Below are positions 36,049 through 46,900 of a stretch of 64,000 nt of DNA, in pieces; the first letter of the stretch is position 1; every line of letters begins with the position of its first letter. The position numbers were made by a program, and so were the translations under genes. The notes under the pieces are model-generated. The model searched no databases. It saw only the letters and a list, made by a program, of their open reading frames with translations, and was not told where the DNA came from. The stretch covers positions 124,001-188,000 of the IMG/VR virus record IMGVR_UViG_3300025770_000870, one strand, 5' to 3'.

Positions 36049-38193
36049 ATGAGTTATACACCACCATTAGAAGCAGAAGTAACTGCATTTAAAACTACCG
36101 CACTTTTAGCAAATGGAGCGACTTACACTTCATCTGATGTAGATTGGGATGGAGATGTAAATGGTTGTTCACAAGTTCAAACAGAGATATTAGCCTCTCA
36201 CGATGGTAATATTGATATTTCATTTTGTGAAGATTCAGCTTTTACAGATGTTGTTAGAACTATATCAATTCCTTATACTGCAAGTGGGGGTTATCAATTC
36301 TTTGCCGCACCTGCTTTTGCGAACTTTATAAAATATGAGTTTACAAATAACGGTGGAGTAACACAAACAGATTTTTATTATACTACTAAGCTTTTAACAA
36401 CTGCAATATCTCCTCAGTTATTAACAACGGGCGCTTTTATTGCCCCCGCGATGGTTACTACCCTAAATAGAAGTATAACAGTAGGACAAGACCCAAATGC
36501 TGTTTTTACAAATACTCCAAGCGGAGGAATAAGTGATGTAAATTCATCAGTTGCACCTCTTGGTGCAGGAGCAACATTTAGCGGAACATTCACCGACACT
36601 AGTGGTTATGCTTCAACTTCTATTTTTATGAAATCGGATCAAGATTCAGCCGCAGATGGACTTAAAATTATACATTCGAGTGATGGTGTTACTGATGAAA
36701 GAGTAATAAGTTTTACATATTTAACAGCATCAAATCCACAAGGACTTGTGTATATGATACCAGCTTCAACTAAATATTTTAGAGTTCAGTATATCAACGG
36801 ATCCACCCCTCAAAGTTCATTTGTCATGAGTATTAAGAATGAAACATCACCACAACAAACAATAGCATTACCTGTTAATTTACCAATTAAAGATGGCACT
36901 CTTTCTAATGTAACTAAGTCAGTTATAGTTGGTCAGAATGATGCAGGTAATTTTGAAAATGTCCCAATAGATACTAAAGGTCATTTAGAAGTAAACGTTA
37001 CAAATCCTAATACCTCTTATGATGAAGTTCAAGTAGCACAACTTACTCCAGTATCTCAATTAAGTTTTCCATATAATATTAATGCAGATATAGTAACTAC
37101 TATTTTAGGAGGAAGTGGAACAGTTACACAAGGTGATAATATGGCTGTTCTTTCTACAAGCGTAGATCAAACCGCAGTAGAATCAGCAGCATTAGAAAGT
37201 AAAGAAACTATTACATTTAGAGCAGGACAAGGATCGTTAGCAAGATTTTCAGTCTTGTTTACAAACTCATCAAATGGACCAACAAGCATTCAAGGAATGG
37301 GAGTAGGAGATGCAAATGATGGATATGGTTTTGCTCTAATAGGTTCAGTTATGAATATATCGTATAGAACAAACGGAGCAGTTGATACACCTCCTGCTAA
37401 CCAGACTAACGTAGTACAGACCTTATGGAATAATGATGTGATGGACGGCACAGGAAGTGTGGATAATCCATCAGGAATGTTATTAGACCCAACACTAGGT
37501 AATGTTTACCAAATTAGTTATGGAAGCGGGTTTGGTTGTATTAACTTTTCTATTGAAAGCGATGTAACAGGAAGAATGATATTAGTTCACGTATTGCATC
37601 TTGCAAATATATTGGATGCTCCATCCGCCTACAATCCAACTTTTGCATTAAGAGCAGAAGTTTTCAAAGTAGGAACATCAGATGCCAACAATTATGTAAT
37701 GAAAGTTGCTGATATGTCAAGTTTCGTGGAAGGAAATAACTTACCAACTGGTCCTGTTAATGGATTCACAAACATAGAAGATACTAATAATACAACTGAC
37801 GTACTAATGTTTACACTATATAACAATGCTACCTTCGCAAGTAAAACGAATAAAGTATCTTGTTTATTACAAAGTATTAGTATTGCAAGTGGTTCAGGTG
37901 AGCCTGGTGTAGTTAAAATAATAGAGGATGGTTCTTTGACTGGAGCGGGAACACCTAATGATATATCAACTGGAACATCTGTTGTATCTACTGATATTAC
38001 CGCAACTGCAATAAGTGGAGGTAGAGTACTATGGGTAGGTTCTGTCGCAAAAGATGGTGGGACCTCTGTTGATATAAGTAATTTAGGTATAAGAATGCGA
38101 CCTGGTAGCCATTACACTGTTACTACTGCTTTGGTTACTACCGCTCAAAACAAAAAGATTTCAGCAGGAGTTGTTTGGAAAGAAGATTTTTAA
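36049..38193 (+). CDS. Beta-rich structural or receptor-binding-like protein
   Basis: 714 aa at the end of the fibre cluster; composition typical of virion appendage proteins. Confidence 0.55.
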   Translation: MSYTPPLEAEVTAFKTTALLANGATYTSSDVDWDGDVNGCSQVQTEILASHDGNIDISFCEDSAFTDVVRTISIPYTASGGYQFFAAPAFANFIKYEFTNNGGVTQTDFYYTTKLLTTAISPQLLTTGAFIAPAMVTTLNRSITVGQDPNAVFTNTPSGGISDVNSSVAPLGAGATFSGTFTDTSGYASTSIFMKSDQDSAADGLKIIHSSDGVTDERVISFTYLTASNPQGLVYMIPASTKYFRVQYINGSTPQSSFVMSIKNETSPQQTIALPVNLPIKDGTLSNVTKSVIVGQNDAGNFENVPIDTKGHLEVNVTNPNTSYDEVQVAQLTPVSQLSFPYNINADIVTTILGGSGTVTQGDNMAVLSTSVDQTAVESAALESKETITFRAGQGSLARFSVLFTNSSNGPTSIQGMGVGDANDGYGFALIGSVMNISYRTNGAVDTPPANQTNVVQTLWNNDVMDGTGSVDNPSGMLLDPTLGNVYQISYGSGFGCINFSIESDVTGRMILVHVLHLANILDAPSAYNPTFALRAEVFKVGTSDANNYVMKVADMSSFVEGNNLPTGPVNGFTNIEDTNNTTDVLMFTLYNNATFASKTNKVSCLLQSISIASGSGEPGVVKIIEDGSLTGAGTPNDISTGTSVVSTDITATAISGGRVLWVGSVAKDGGTSVDISNLGIRMRPGSHYTVTTALVTTAQNKKISAGVVWKEDF

Positions 38194-38265
38194 AATACAC
38201 AACCATCCATATAATTTATAAACAGAAAAGTCTAGCGTTCTGTTTTTATATTTAATATATACTTT

Positions 38266-39012
38266 ATGAAACTTACTAAATATTTAGAATTTGTCCAGTC
38301 TGATTTAGAACCTGTTAAATCTTTCTATATTAAAGATGAATTAAACCCAAAAGTTTGGGAAAATGAAGAGATGATACCTGAGGTAAGAGAACAATTACTT
38401 CAAATTGCTCAAGATTTTTACGATGGTACAGATTTAAAGGCTGATGTTCAAGACATTATACTAACTGGATCTTTGGCTAATTATAATTGGTCGGAAAAAT
38501 ACTCTGATTATGATATACATATATTAATTGATTTCAAGGATGTTAATGATGATGAAGAATTGGTTAAGAAATATGCGGATAGTGTTAAGAACATATGGAA
38601 CGGATTACATGATATTGAGATTGGAGGATATGAGGTTGAAGTTTATATACAAGGTATAAAAGAAATACATAAAGCATCTGGGATTTATTCAGTTATGAAT
38701 GATGAATGGAATGTAAAGCCGAGTAAAAAAGATTTCGAACCAAATGAAGAATTAATCAAAGAAAAGGCTAAATCAGCTATGATGATGGTTGATGATTTAG
38801 AGGGAGATATCGATGAAGATAAATATGAAGAATTTCAAAAGAAGGTAAAGAAAGTTTGGGATAAGATTAAGAATTATCGTAAGAGTGGATTAGCTACACA
38901 AGGTGGTGAATTCTCTACTGGTAATTTAGTATTTAAGTTACTTAGAAGAAATGGATATATTGGAAAAGTTCTTGTTCTAAAGAGAAAATCTTATGATAAT
39001 CAATTTAATTAA
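38266..39012 (+). CDS. Pol-beta-superfamily nucleotidyltransferase with CTS-like N-terminus
   Basis: DIILTGSLANYNWS...SDYDIHILID (GS and DxD), EVEVYIQ; N-terminus MKLTKYLE; TTAATATATA at 38252-38261. Confidence 0.8.
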   Translation: MKLTKYLEFVQSDLEPVKSFYIKDELNPKVWENEEMIPEVREQLLQIAQDFYDGTDLKADVQDIILTGSLANYNWSEKYSDYDIHILIDFKDVNDDEELVKKYADSVKNIWNGLHDIEIGGYEVEVYIQGIKEIHKASGIYSVMNDEWNVKPSKKDFEPNEELIKEKAKSAMMMVDDLEGDIDEDKYEEFQKKVKKVWDKIKNYRKSGLATQGGEFSTGNLVFKLLRRNGYIGKVLVLKRKSYDNQFN

Positions 39013-39015
39013 ATT

Positions 39016-39711
39016 ATGGCTAGAATTTCAGAAATAGAAGAATTGCTTAAAGAAGTATTTGATGAGGAAAAGGGTGTTGTTAACTCTGTTGAATCTATTT
39101 ATGAGTCACCCGAAGAAGGTGATTTTCTTAAATTGGTTATATCTATACATGGTTTAGTAACGGAAGATACTACTATCATACACACAAAGTTTATATTTAA
39201 AGTTGATTTAGAAAAAAGAAAAACCGTAGAGGATTCTTTTATTTATTTATATGATGTTAATTGTGTTTATCATAAATTAGATTTCAAAAATATTATTGAC
39301 TTGAAAGATAAGATAACTAATATTATAGAATCTAAAGATTTTGGAGAGGACTTACAAATACTTTCTGACTTCATTGAGGCACCTGCTATGTTCTTAAATT
39401 ACTACATGAGAAGACACAAGATAACAGATTATTCTATTTTTGATGTGGTGTATCAACCAAAATTTAAGACTACTCCGTGTGATAAAACAACGTTTGATTT
39501 CAAAGTCAATATTAATAATAACTATGATATGGGATTATCTATTAGTAAGGTAGATCGAGATGAAGAAGAGAATGAAATTGACTCCTATAAATTCCAATTT
39601 AGGTTTATGGATGATATAGAAACACTTGAAACAGATTCTTTGTCAAATGTTCACTTTTTTATCGGGTCTAATATCGCTAAGATGTTGGATAAAAAGTTAA
39701 AGAATAAATGA
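39016..39711 (+). CDS. Hypothetical protein
   Basis: 231 aa ORF 3 nt after the nucleotidyltransferase gene. Confidence 0.75.
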   Translation: MARISEIEELLKEVFDEEKGVVNSVESIYESPEEGDFLKLVISIHGLVTEDTTIIHTKFIFKVDLEKRKTVEDSFIYLYDVNCVYHKLDFKNIIDLKDKITNIIESKDFGEDLQILSDFIEAPAMFLNYYMRRHKITDYSIFDVVYQPKFKTTPCDKTTFDFKVNINNNYDMGLSISKVDRDEEENEIDSYKFQFRFMDDIETLETDSLSNVHFFIGSNIAKMLDKKLKNK

Positions 39712-40358
39712 AACATCTAGAGAAATTTTATAACTATATTACGGAGTCTGATTCATATTCTAAAGATGAATTGAATGAATTGTTAGTACCTATTAGGGAT
39801 TTGGGTGTGTCTTGTGATATTGGTGATAAAAGAACAATAACAGAGGGTAAATTTTATGGTAGTGAATACATTAGTGTTGGATTTTCATTTAATGACTATG
39901 AAAAAACACCTGGTTTTGGATACCGAACCGATATTATGTCTGATAATAGAATATGGGATTTTTTCGATGAGTTAATTTCTTTGAGAAATAGGTTAGAGAA
40001 TGATAAAATATTAATACATTTTTATAACACTAAGTATGGTAGTTATGGTGTTAGTATAATGTTTGTTACTGGTGAGGTAACTGATAATAAATTATTTGAA
40101 CTAGAAAAGGTTTATAATGTATTAAGAACTAGATCTAATTCTGGTACAACAGATTTTTATTATAGTATGTTACTGAAATTAAATAAAGAGGAACCCTCTA
40201 TAAATATTGAGGTTTCTCAATATACTAGTAGGAAATTCAAATACTTTACTAGACAAATTGATATGTCTGGTTTTGATATTAGAATTGTAATTATTGGAGC
40301 TGGTAGTTATGGTTATGGCGGTACAAAAGCAGATATTAAGATAACACCTAAAGGTTAA
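39708..40358 (+). CDS. Hypothetical protein with CTS-like N-terminus
   Basis: MKHLEKFYNYITE; 4-nt overlap with the upstream stop codon. Confidence 0.7.
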   Translation: MKHLEKFYNYITESDSYSKDELNELLVPIRDLGVSCDIGDKRTITEGKFYGSEYISVGFSFNDYEKTPGFGYRTDIMSDNRIWDFFDELISLRNRLENDKILIHFYNTKYGSYGVSIMFVTGEVTDNKLFELEKVYNVLRTRSNSGTTDFYYSMLLKLNKEEPSINIEVSQYTSRKFKYFTRQIDMSGFDIRIVIIGAGSYGYGGTKADIKITPKG

Positions 40359-40548
40359 AACCCTCATCATGTAACCTACTATCTGATAGATTTTTCACAA
40401 CAATACACTTTTCATATTCTTCATCATTCTCAAATGAAATTAGAACTCTTTCTAATAAAACTTCTGAATAAGGCTTTAAGTCCTTATCATAAGGTTTACC
40501 TGATATAATTCTATTATAAATTTTGTTATTATCTATTATCTTAAACAT
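40348..40548 (-). CDS. Small protein with a UVR-like motif
   Basis: FENDEEYEKCIVVKN; coupled downstream of the gp47-like gene. Confidence 0.6.
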   Translation of the reverse strand: MFKIIDNNKIYNRIISGKPYDKDLKPYSEVLLERVLISFENDEEYEKCIVVKNLSDSRLHDEGFNL

Positions 40549-41662
40549 CGTCTTTTTTATTAGTGTAGTTTTCTTTATAAATTTTAATTACTTCATCATA
40601 CTCGTTTAATATACCATCCTTGAACTTACCATTATCATAGGTTTGTTTAAGTATGTACTCTTTTACATAGTCTTCGTAGTCTAGTTGTATAGATATATCT
40701 AAAGTCTCTTCATCCAATTCTATGATATCATCCTCACTTTTTTCTGTTATTAATGAAACATCATCTATATACTCAACAGATGCGAAATTACTACTTTCTA
40801 ATATAACTTCCAATTTTCTTCTCAATTTTCTATTACTCATAAGTAATGAATTTGATATAGCTATATCAACATAATCTTTGGTGTTTTTTATCTCATCAAG
40901 ACTCTCAACATCATCCTCATTTTCTACACGAACTTTCTTAAAACTAGGTGAATAAGTGTTGTGTATAAATGAAATTTCATCAGTATCTAAATCCAACATT
41001 GTTATGCCTTTTTGGTCACCATAGTCATTTCTATCCATTTGATATAAACTACCAATAAACATAAAGTTTTTATTTTCTTGTCTTATATGTATGTGTCCAG
41101 AGAAAACATTCTTATATCCTTTGAATTCTTCAACATCAATCTTATCACCATTTCTATGAGCTATTGAATTTAGGTGCATCTGACACCCATTTAAGTCTGA
41201 GTGACACAATAAGTAGTCTCCAGGACTTATACTTATTTGATCAATCATATCTCTTCGTCTTTCAATCCAAGGCATTAGAACGAGTTTTTGACCTCCCAAT
41301 TCTAATGTTGTTGTTTCTTCATACACTTGAATATCTTTATTCATATATCCGAATAATCTAACTGAATTAACTTCATTACTACCTTTATTCCATAAATCGT
41401 GGTTACCCACCATTATATGTAATGGTAATATATCAGACATTTCTTTAAGAATTTTCTCTACTTTGTTAATAACAATAATAGGTAAACTATTTCTATTATC
41501 AAATAGATCACCTAAATGTATTAGTACATCACCTTCTTTAGCATTTTCTTTTAGATAAGGTATAACAAAATCATAAAACGTTGATTCCATCATATTTAAC
41601 CACTTATCTAAATTATTAAGATAGATACCAAAGTGTGTATCTGTTATCATGAATACTCTCAT
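40541..41662 (-). CDS. Mre11/SbcD-like recombination nuclease (T4 gp47-like)
   Basis: ITDTHFG, HLGDLFDNR, VGNHD, FSGHIH metallophosphoesterase motifs. Confidence 0.92.
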   Translation of the reverse strand: MRVFMITDTHFGIYLNNLDKWLNMMESTFYDFVIPYLKENAKEGDVLIHLGDLFDNRNSLPIIVINKVEKILKEMSDILPLHIMVGNHDLWNKGSNEVNSVRLFGYMNKDIQVYEETTTLELGGQKLVLMPWIERRRDMIDQISISPGDYLLCHSDLNGCQMHLNSIAHRNGDKIDVEEFKGYKNVFSGHIHIRQENKNFMFIGSLYQMDRNDYGDQKGITMLDLDTDEISFIHNTYSPSFKKVRVENEDDVESLDEIKNTKDYVDIAISNSLLMSNRKLRRKLEVILESSNFASVEYIDDVSLITEKSEDDIIELDEETLDISIQLDYEDYVKEYILKQTYDNGKFKDGILNEYDEVIKIYKENYTNKKDDV

Positions 41663-41709
41663 ATAAAAACATTTCTTTTTTAATTATATGAATATTTAAT
41701 ATATAGTTT

Positions 41710-41868
41710 ATGAAATATATTAAGACTTTTGAATCTTTCTATATTGGATGTTGGATGATATTGGACGGTCACCATAGGTTATTGAAAGATATTAATAATG
41801 GTATTGTTAATATAAAGGATAGAATTTTGGACTTAAAAAGTTTTTTATCAAAAAATGATTTTTGGTAA
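41710..41868 (+). pseudogene. 52-aa CTS-tagged stub containing a ParB/Srx-like motif
   Basis: MKYIKTFESFYIGCWMILDGHHRLLK...; TTAATATATA at 41696-41705; too short for a full ParB domain; not in the ORF track. Confidence 0.55.
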
Positions 41869-41957
41869 TTTATATATACTAATAGAGAAAGGAGAGATTA
41901 TAATATATAAATTATAATTTAACCAAAACAAATTAATTAAAAAATAATAAAAAGATA

Positions 41958-42578
41958 ATGGGATTACCACACTTTACACAAGTAATAAATTCAGGATCAC
42001 CAGGTGGACCAGGAACCTTACCGGATGAGGTTGTATATTTAAACCTTTTTGAAATAACTTTTATTTTACCAGTTATTTTACAAGCACAGGGAAGAGACCC
42101 AATTTTATTGCTACAAAACGCAACTAAGGTTGATTTAAACTTAACAGAGTTTGATTCTAGTACTGTACAACAAAGATTTAAATACTCAACTAGAGAGTTT
42201 ATAACTACACCAACTAAAACTAGTGGTACTATAGCTATACCGATTCAAGTTAACGTAAATCAACAAGGTTCTATGGAGACTTGGAACACTATGAAATCTT
42301 GGTACGATTTAATGTTTAATTCACAAAATGGTGCATTACACTATAAAAGTGATATGATTGGTACTATTATAGTTAATCAGCATGATAAGAAAGGTGTTGT
42401 TTTAAGAAGAGTAACATTTCAGAATTGTCAGATAACAAAATTAGGTGGATATTCACTCGATTGGTCATCTAATAATATATTAACTGAAGCATCAGCAGAT
42501 TTTGTTTATGATTACTTTATTGATGAGTATATAGATCAAAACTTTACAATTAATCCTCCTTTAGTAACAGGATATTAA
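41958..42578 (+). CDS. Tail tube protein (T4 gp19-like)
   Basis: NLFEITFILP, ETWNTMKSWYDL, GTIIVNQHDKKG...RRVTFQNC, LDWSSN. Confidence 0.8.
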   Translation: MGLPHFTQVINSGSPGGPGTLPDEVVYLNLFEITFILPVILQAQGRDPILLLQNATKVDLNLTEFDSSTVQQRFKYSTREFITTPTKTSGTIAIPIQVNVNQQGSMETWNTMKSWYDLMFNSQNGALHYKSDMIGTIIVNQHDKKGVVLRRVTFQNCQITKLGGYSLDWSSNNILTEASADFVYDYFIDEYIDQNFTINPPLVTGY

Positions 42579-42600
42579 AATTAAGATTAATAAGAATAAT

Positions 42601-42635
42601 AAAAAAACCCACTCAAAATTTGAGTGGGTTTTTTT
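42601..42635. terminator. Bidirectional intrinsic terminator
   Basis: AAAAAAACCCACTCAAA-a-TTTGAGTGGGTTTTTTT. Confidence 0.85.
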
Positions 42636-42668
42636 ATTATTGTCTATCCCCAATAGGTCGCCTAGTAT

Positions 42669-42920
42669 TTATAATTTCGGCATTTTCATGTTTTTTGTCA
42701 TATCAGAAGCACTTTTCATCATAGAATTTGCATCGAAGTTTCCTTGTTGTCCATCTTCTTGTTTCTTCTGATTAGAATCTTCTTCTTCAAGAATTTCATT
42801 TACTAACTTAACATTTTCTTCAAATAACCAATAAGGCCAATTGTCCATAGCTAATTCTTGTGTATGGAAATGTTTCTGTAATAATAACTTATTCTTTAAG
42901 ATATGCTTCAAAGGCATCAT
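42669..42920 (-). CDS. gp51-like baseplate hub assembly protein
   Basis: MPLKHILKNKLLLQKHFH.QE..MDNWPYW pattern of the small gp51-like genes that follow gp26 in T4-like phages. Confidence 0.55.
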   Translation of the reverse strand: MMPLKHILKNKLLLQKHFHTQELAMDNWPYWLFEENVKLVNEILEEEDSNQKKQEDGQQGNFDANSMMKSASDMTKNMKMPKL

Positions 42921-43839
42921 GAATAACGAAAATACCTGAGGCTCCGTTGGGAAACGTCATATCTGTGAGGACCTCCATTCCACACTCACCACATGATTTT
43001 TTAAGTTCCTTTATTCCAAATGTCATTTTACCAATTGCTGCGTTTAAGAATTGAAATGAAATATCATCCATATCTTCAAAATCTACAAGTTTAGATTTTA
43101 TACCATCATATGATATGCTAGTTCTACCAGCTAACATAAATGGTATTATCTTCAAGAAAGCTAGATTAGGAGTTTTCTTTTCATTATTTTCTTTTATGAT
43201 ATAATCAGTAAAAGCTTTTTGTAAACCAATATTAGGTGGTGAAATTTCATAGTCTTTACCATTAACTGTTTTGAACTGGTATGTTTTTGTTGATAGATTT
43301 AAGAACTTAGATAAGTTCTCATCAACTTCGTGATAATTAAAACTATCTCTTTTCAATTCAACCTGAAATTCACTACCACATCCACATCTTGCTGGTATAG
43401 CTAAGCTATTTCCTTGTTGAAATGTTAATTCTCTTATTAAGAATACAAGATATAATCTATCTTGGTCTTTAATTTCTAAATAAGATCCTACCTTACCATC
43501 TGTGTATTTAATCCTAACACATGATTGTAACATATCATTCATCTTCTCAACAATATCATAGAAGTTATTATCATCAACCATTGAGTATGCTTGTATTTCT
43601 CTAACTTGAGCTGGTCTTACCATAAAAAGAGTACCTGTTGGGTAAAACTCACCACAAGGTAATTCTTTAACATCAAAATTAAAGTATTGTAAATCATCAA
43701 CTCTTGATCCTGATTTATTTTCTGAAATAAATGGTGTGTCAGTACTAGCTGACGCTGCCTCTTTACCAACTTCCAAGTCTGTTAAGTGTCTTTTTAAGTA
43801 GTCCTCTTCGGACATCTTATCTTGTTTTTTATCTGACAT
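42889..43839 (-). CDS. gp26-like baseplate hub assembly protein
   Basis: MVRPAQVREI, QDRLYLVFLIRELTF, CGCG and CGEC Zn motifs. Confidence 0.65.
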   Translation of the reverse strand: MSDKKQDKMSEEDYLKRHLTDLEVGKEAASASTDTPFISENKSGSRVDDLQYFNFDVKELPCGEFYPTGTLFMVRPAQVREIQAYSMVDDNNFYDIVEKMNDMLQSCVRIKYTDGKVGSYLEIKDQDRLYLVFLIRELTFQQGNSLAIPARCGCGSEFQVELKRDSFNYHEVDENLSKFLNLSTKTYQFKTVNGKDYEISPPNIGLQKAFTDYIIKENNEKKTPNLAFLKIIPFMLAGRTSISYDGIKSKLVDFEDMDDISFQFLNAAIGKMTFGIKELKKSCGECGMEVLTDMTFPNGASGIFVIHDAFEAYLKE

Positions 43840-43926
43840 AAAATTATCTTTATTTTTTAATTATATATTCTATATAACTCTTCCTCTATTATAAATAATA
43901 ATATACACTTTGTTTAGTTTAAAATG

Positions 43927-43955
43927 AAAAAACCCTCGAAATTCGAGGGTTTTTT
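43927..43955 (-). terminator. Intrinsic terminator after the tail sheath gene
   Basis: AAAAAACCCTCGAA-a-TTCGAGGGTTTTTT. Confidence 0.85.
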
Positions 43956-43972
43956 AATTTATTTTGATATTT

Positions 43973-46900
43973 TTATGAGTTTTGAAACCCACCCGCGTTA
44001 ATAGCTCCTGTTCTAAGTATAGTAATGTTGTTAACAATTATACCCATACCTTTGATTGGTTCTACATAAGTATCAATAACACCAATTTGGTTATCAATAA
44101 TTTCAGATGTGTTATTCTCTTCATCCATTTTGTTAAAGAAGTTGTATAAACCATTCTTACTTACATAAGTTTCACAAATAACATCTGCTCTAAGTTTAAT
44201 TTCTGCTCTTACATCAGGAGTGTTAAACTTCCATTGGTAGTCTAATAACATTCTTGATAATTCTCTTTCAAGTTCAATAAGTACTTCTCTTACGTGTATG
44301 TAAGAAAGAGCTGATTTATAAAGAGTTTGAGCTGTATTCTCAGTTTCAATTTGGTAACCTCTATTTCTCTTGAATACAATTGGATTCATTTGAGCTTGAT
44401 TCAAGTATTCGATGTCTTCTTGTGTGAAGTCCATTTCTATACCAGAAGTGTTAGTAATCTTACCATTTGTTACACCAGCTGCTATTGTCCAAGGAGTAAC
44501 AGATGTTATATTAGAAATATGCTTTCTCATATAAGTTGTTGCTACAAAGGATGCAGGTGGGAATTCTAATGGTCTACCATTATCATTCACCGTAACATAA
44601 GGTGTGAAATAACCAACAGTAGTTGTACCTGCTCCATCACCGAATGAGTAAAGGAATGCTGGGTTACTTTCTGGGTCACCTCCACTTGCTACATATTTAA
44701 CTTGTAATGTACCTTCTGAATTAACAAATGATGGAGAAGATGAATTTTTGAACGATCTAAGTGATGGCATATTTAAGAAACCAAAGGCATCTAATCTATC
44801 ACCACATATATCAACTAATTGTTGTTTTGATCTTTCGGTTAATCCTAATCCAAATGAGTCAATTAAATATCTAAAGTCTAATGCTTCTTTGTTAATTAAA
44901 GCTTTGAACATTGGAGTTCCTTTAGCTACTAAGTTAAGTACTTGATTTTGTTTATCTTCTGTTCCATCAGGTAAAGAAGCTTGTCTAACCTTGAATCCTT
45001 TCATAGTGATAGCTTTGTATGTTGTCGCATATTGGTCAACTGATACATATCTCATTGTTTGTACATCACCATTAAAAACATAAGTAGCTATTCTAGAATC
45101 ACAAGATATTTCAGTTAAACTAGCATCACCTACATATTGTCTCTTACTAAGAATTCTTGTTAATCTTCTTGGTACTTCACCAACTGCAAGAGTTGTAGGG
45201 TCATAATAAGCTTCTAAGAAATCACCAACTTTTATTTCGGTGTATCTAGAACCATCTATTAATATCTTATTTGGTATTTGAATATATCCAGTAGGTAATT
45301 CTACTTCAACTGTTTGTTTGAAGTTTGTTTTACCTGATTGTATATAAAATGTGTTATTAGCTTGTATATCAACTGCTTCAGTTGCTAGTAATAACTCATC
45401 CATAAATTGAACATTCAATACGCCATCGTTATCAAGATATAATTTAAGGTAGTGTCTTCTAGAAGAATAGTTATAAACTATACTCTGTGAGAATAAAGTT
45501 TCAGTCTCTACTTCCTCAGTTACTTGATAAGCGTAGAATGTACCGCCTAGAATACCATATCCTAATTTTACAGCCAATTCATTTGGAGTATCTCCTGGCT
45601 CTACTGAGTTTCCTACTATTGTAAATGTTCCTTTATTTACTTTCGAAGTAGGGAACAATAATTGCTCAAATGTTTGTAAATCAATTTCATCAGAGAAGGA
45701 CGCGACACTTGAATCAAATACGATATAATCATATCCAGCGTATGATGAAGTAGCTGATGTAGCATTTTCACCATCGATAAATGATATATCAACTGTTGTT
45801 CCAAGAACATTAGTAGCACTCGCACTATTATCAACATAAAGTCTATTATCATAAAAGAAATCTTTTGTGTTAATAACACCATCATAGTATTTACCATAAA
45901 GGTTAGAGTATTTAGCTACTACCCCAGAAGCTGGTGTCGAGACTAAATCAGTTGTTGTTACTTCGTCAGTACCTAATATAAACTCATTATCTTCTGTATA
46001 GAATACTAATAAACCATCAGTTATTACATTTACTAATTCAACTGTTGTTAATCCAGTATTTAATGTGAATGATTTATTTTCTAATGTAGAAGTAACAATA
46101 TCAGTTATAGTCATTAATCCCAAACTAACTTTAGTCATTGAATTATCCAATAACATAGTCATTTTATTTTTATTAGGACTATCAATCAGATTAACCAATC
46201 TGTTATACATTTTGAATCTTCTATATTGTTCGTAGTTTTTAACATCTGATTTTGTATTAGTTCCTAAAAATTCAATTTTTAATGAACCACTTCCTAAATC
46301 AGTTATTGAATAATCGGTACCTAATCTAAAATCAAGGTAATCGAATGTCCCGCTATCACCAACTGTTACATCAGTTACTCCACTCGATATGGCTGTTACG
46401 CTATCAATTGAACCTTGATAGACAGTAAAATCTATATACCCAAGTATAATATCACTTGTGTTAACCGATGGGTTAACATTAGGAGTTAAGCTATTTACTA
46501 ATACAACCTCACCAGTAGCGTCTAATACAAATGTTGATGTATAAGATGCTGTTGAGCTTGTATATGTATAATCACTAGCACTTATAGTAAGTGATGTAGT
46601 TCCTGATACCGGAATATGAGTATCACCTATTACTGCGAATGCGTTTGTTCCAGTAACATACTCTATTACTAAAGATGCTGATGATCCTGTTATTGGTGTA
46701 GATCTAGTAACATTATAAACAGACCCTTCACCGAAAAATCCAGTTCTATTATTACCATTCTCCAATATTCCACTTGATAATGGTCCAATAGAACCATTTA
46801 TCGGACCATCAAATGCATGTGATGCTTGACTTCCGTATGCTGAATATGTTCCTAACATAGCAGTTACGTTACCTGGTAAATCAAGAGGTGTATTTGTCAT

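Noticed and set aside
42669-42920. Programmed frameshift fusing the gp26-like and gp51-like ORFs (32-nt overlap)
   Set aside because: The downstream ORF has its own ATG, a gp26/gp51 pair of separate genes is normal in T4-like phages, and there is no convincing slippery heptamer or stimulator.
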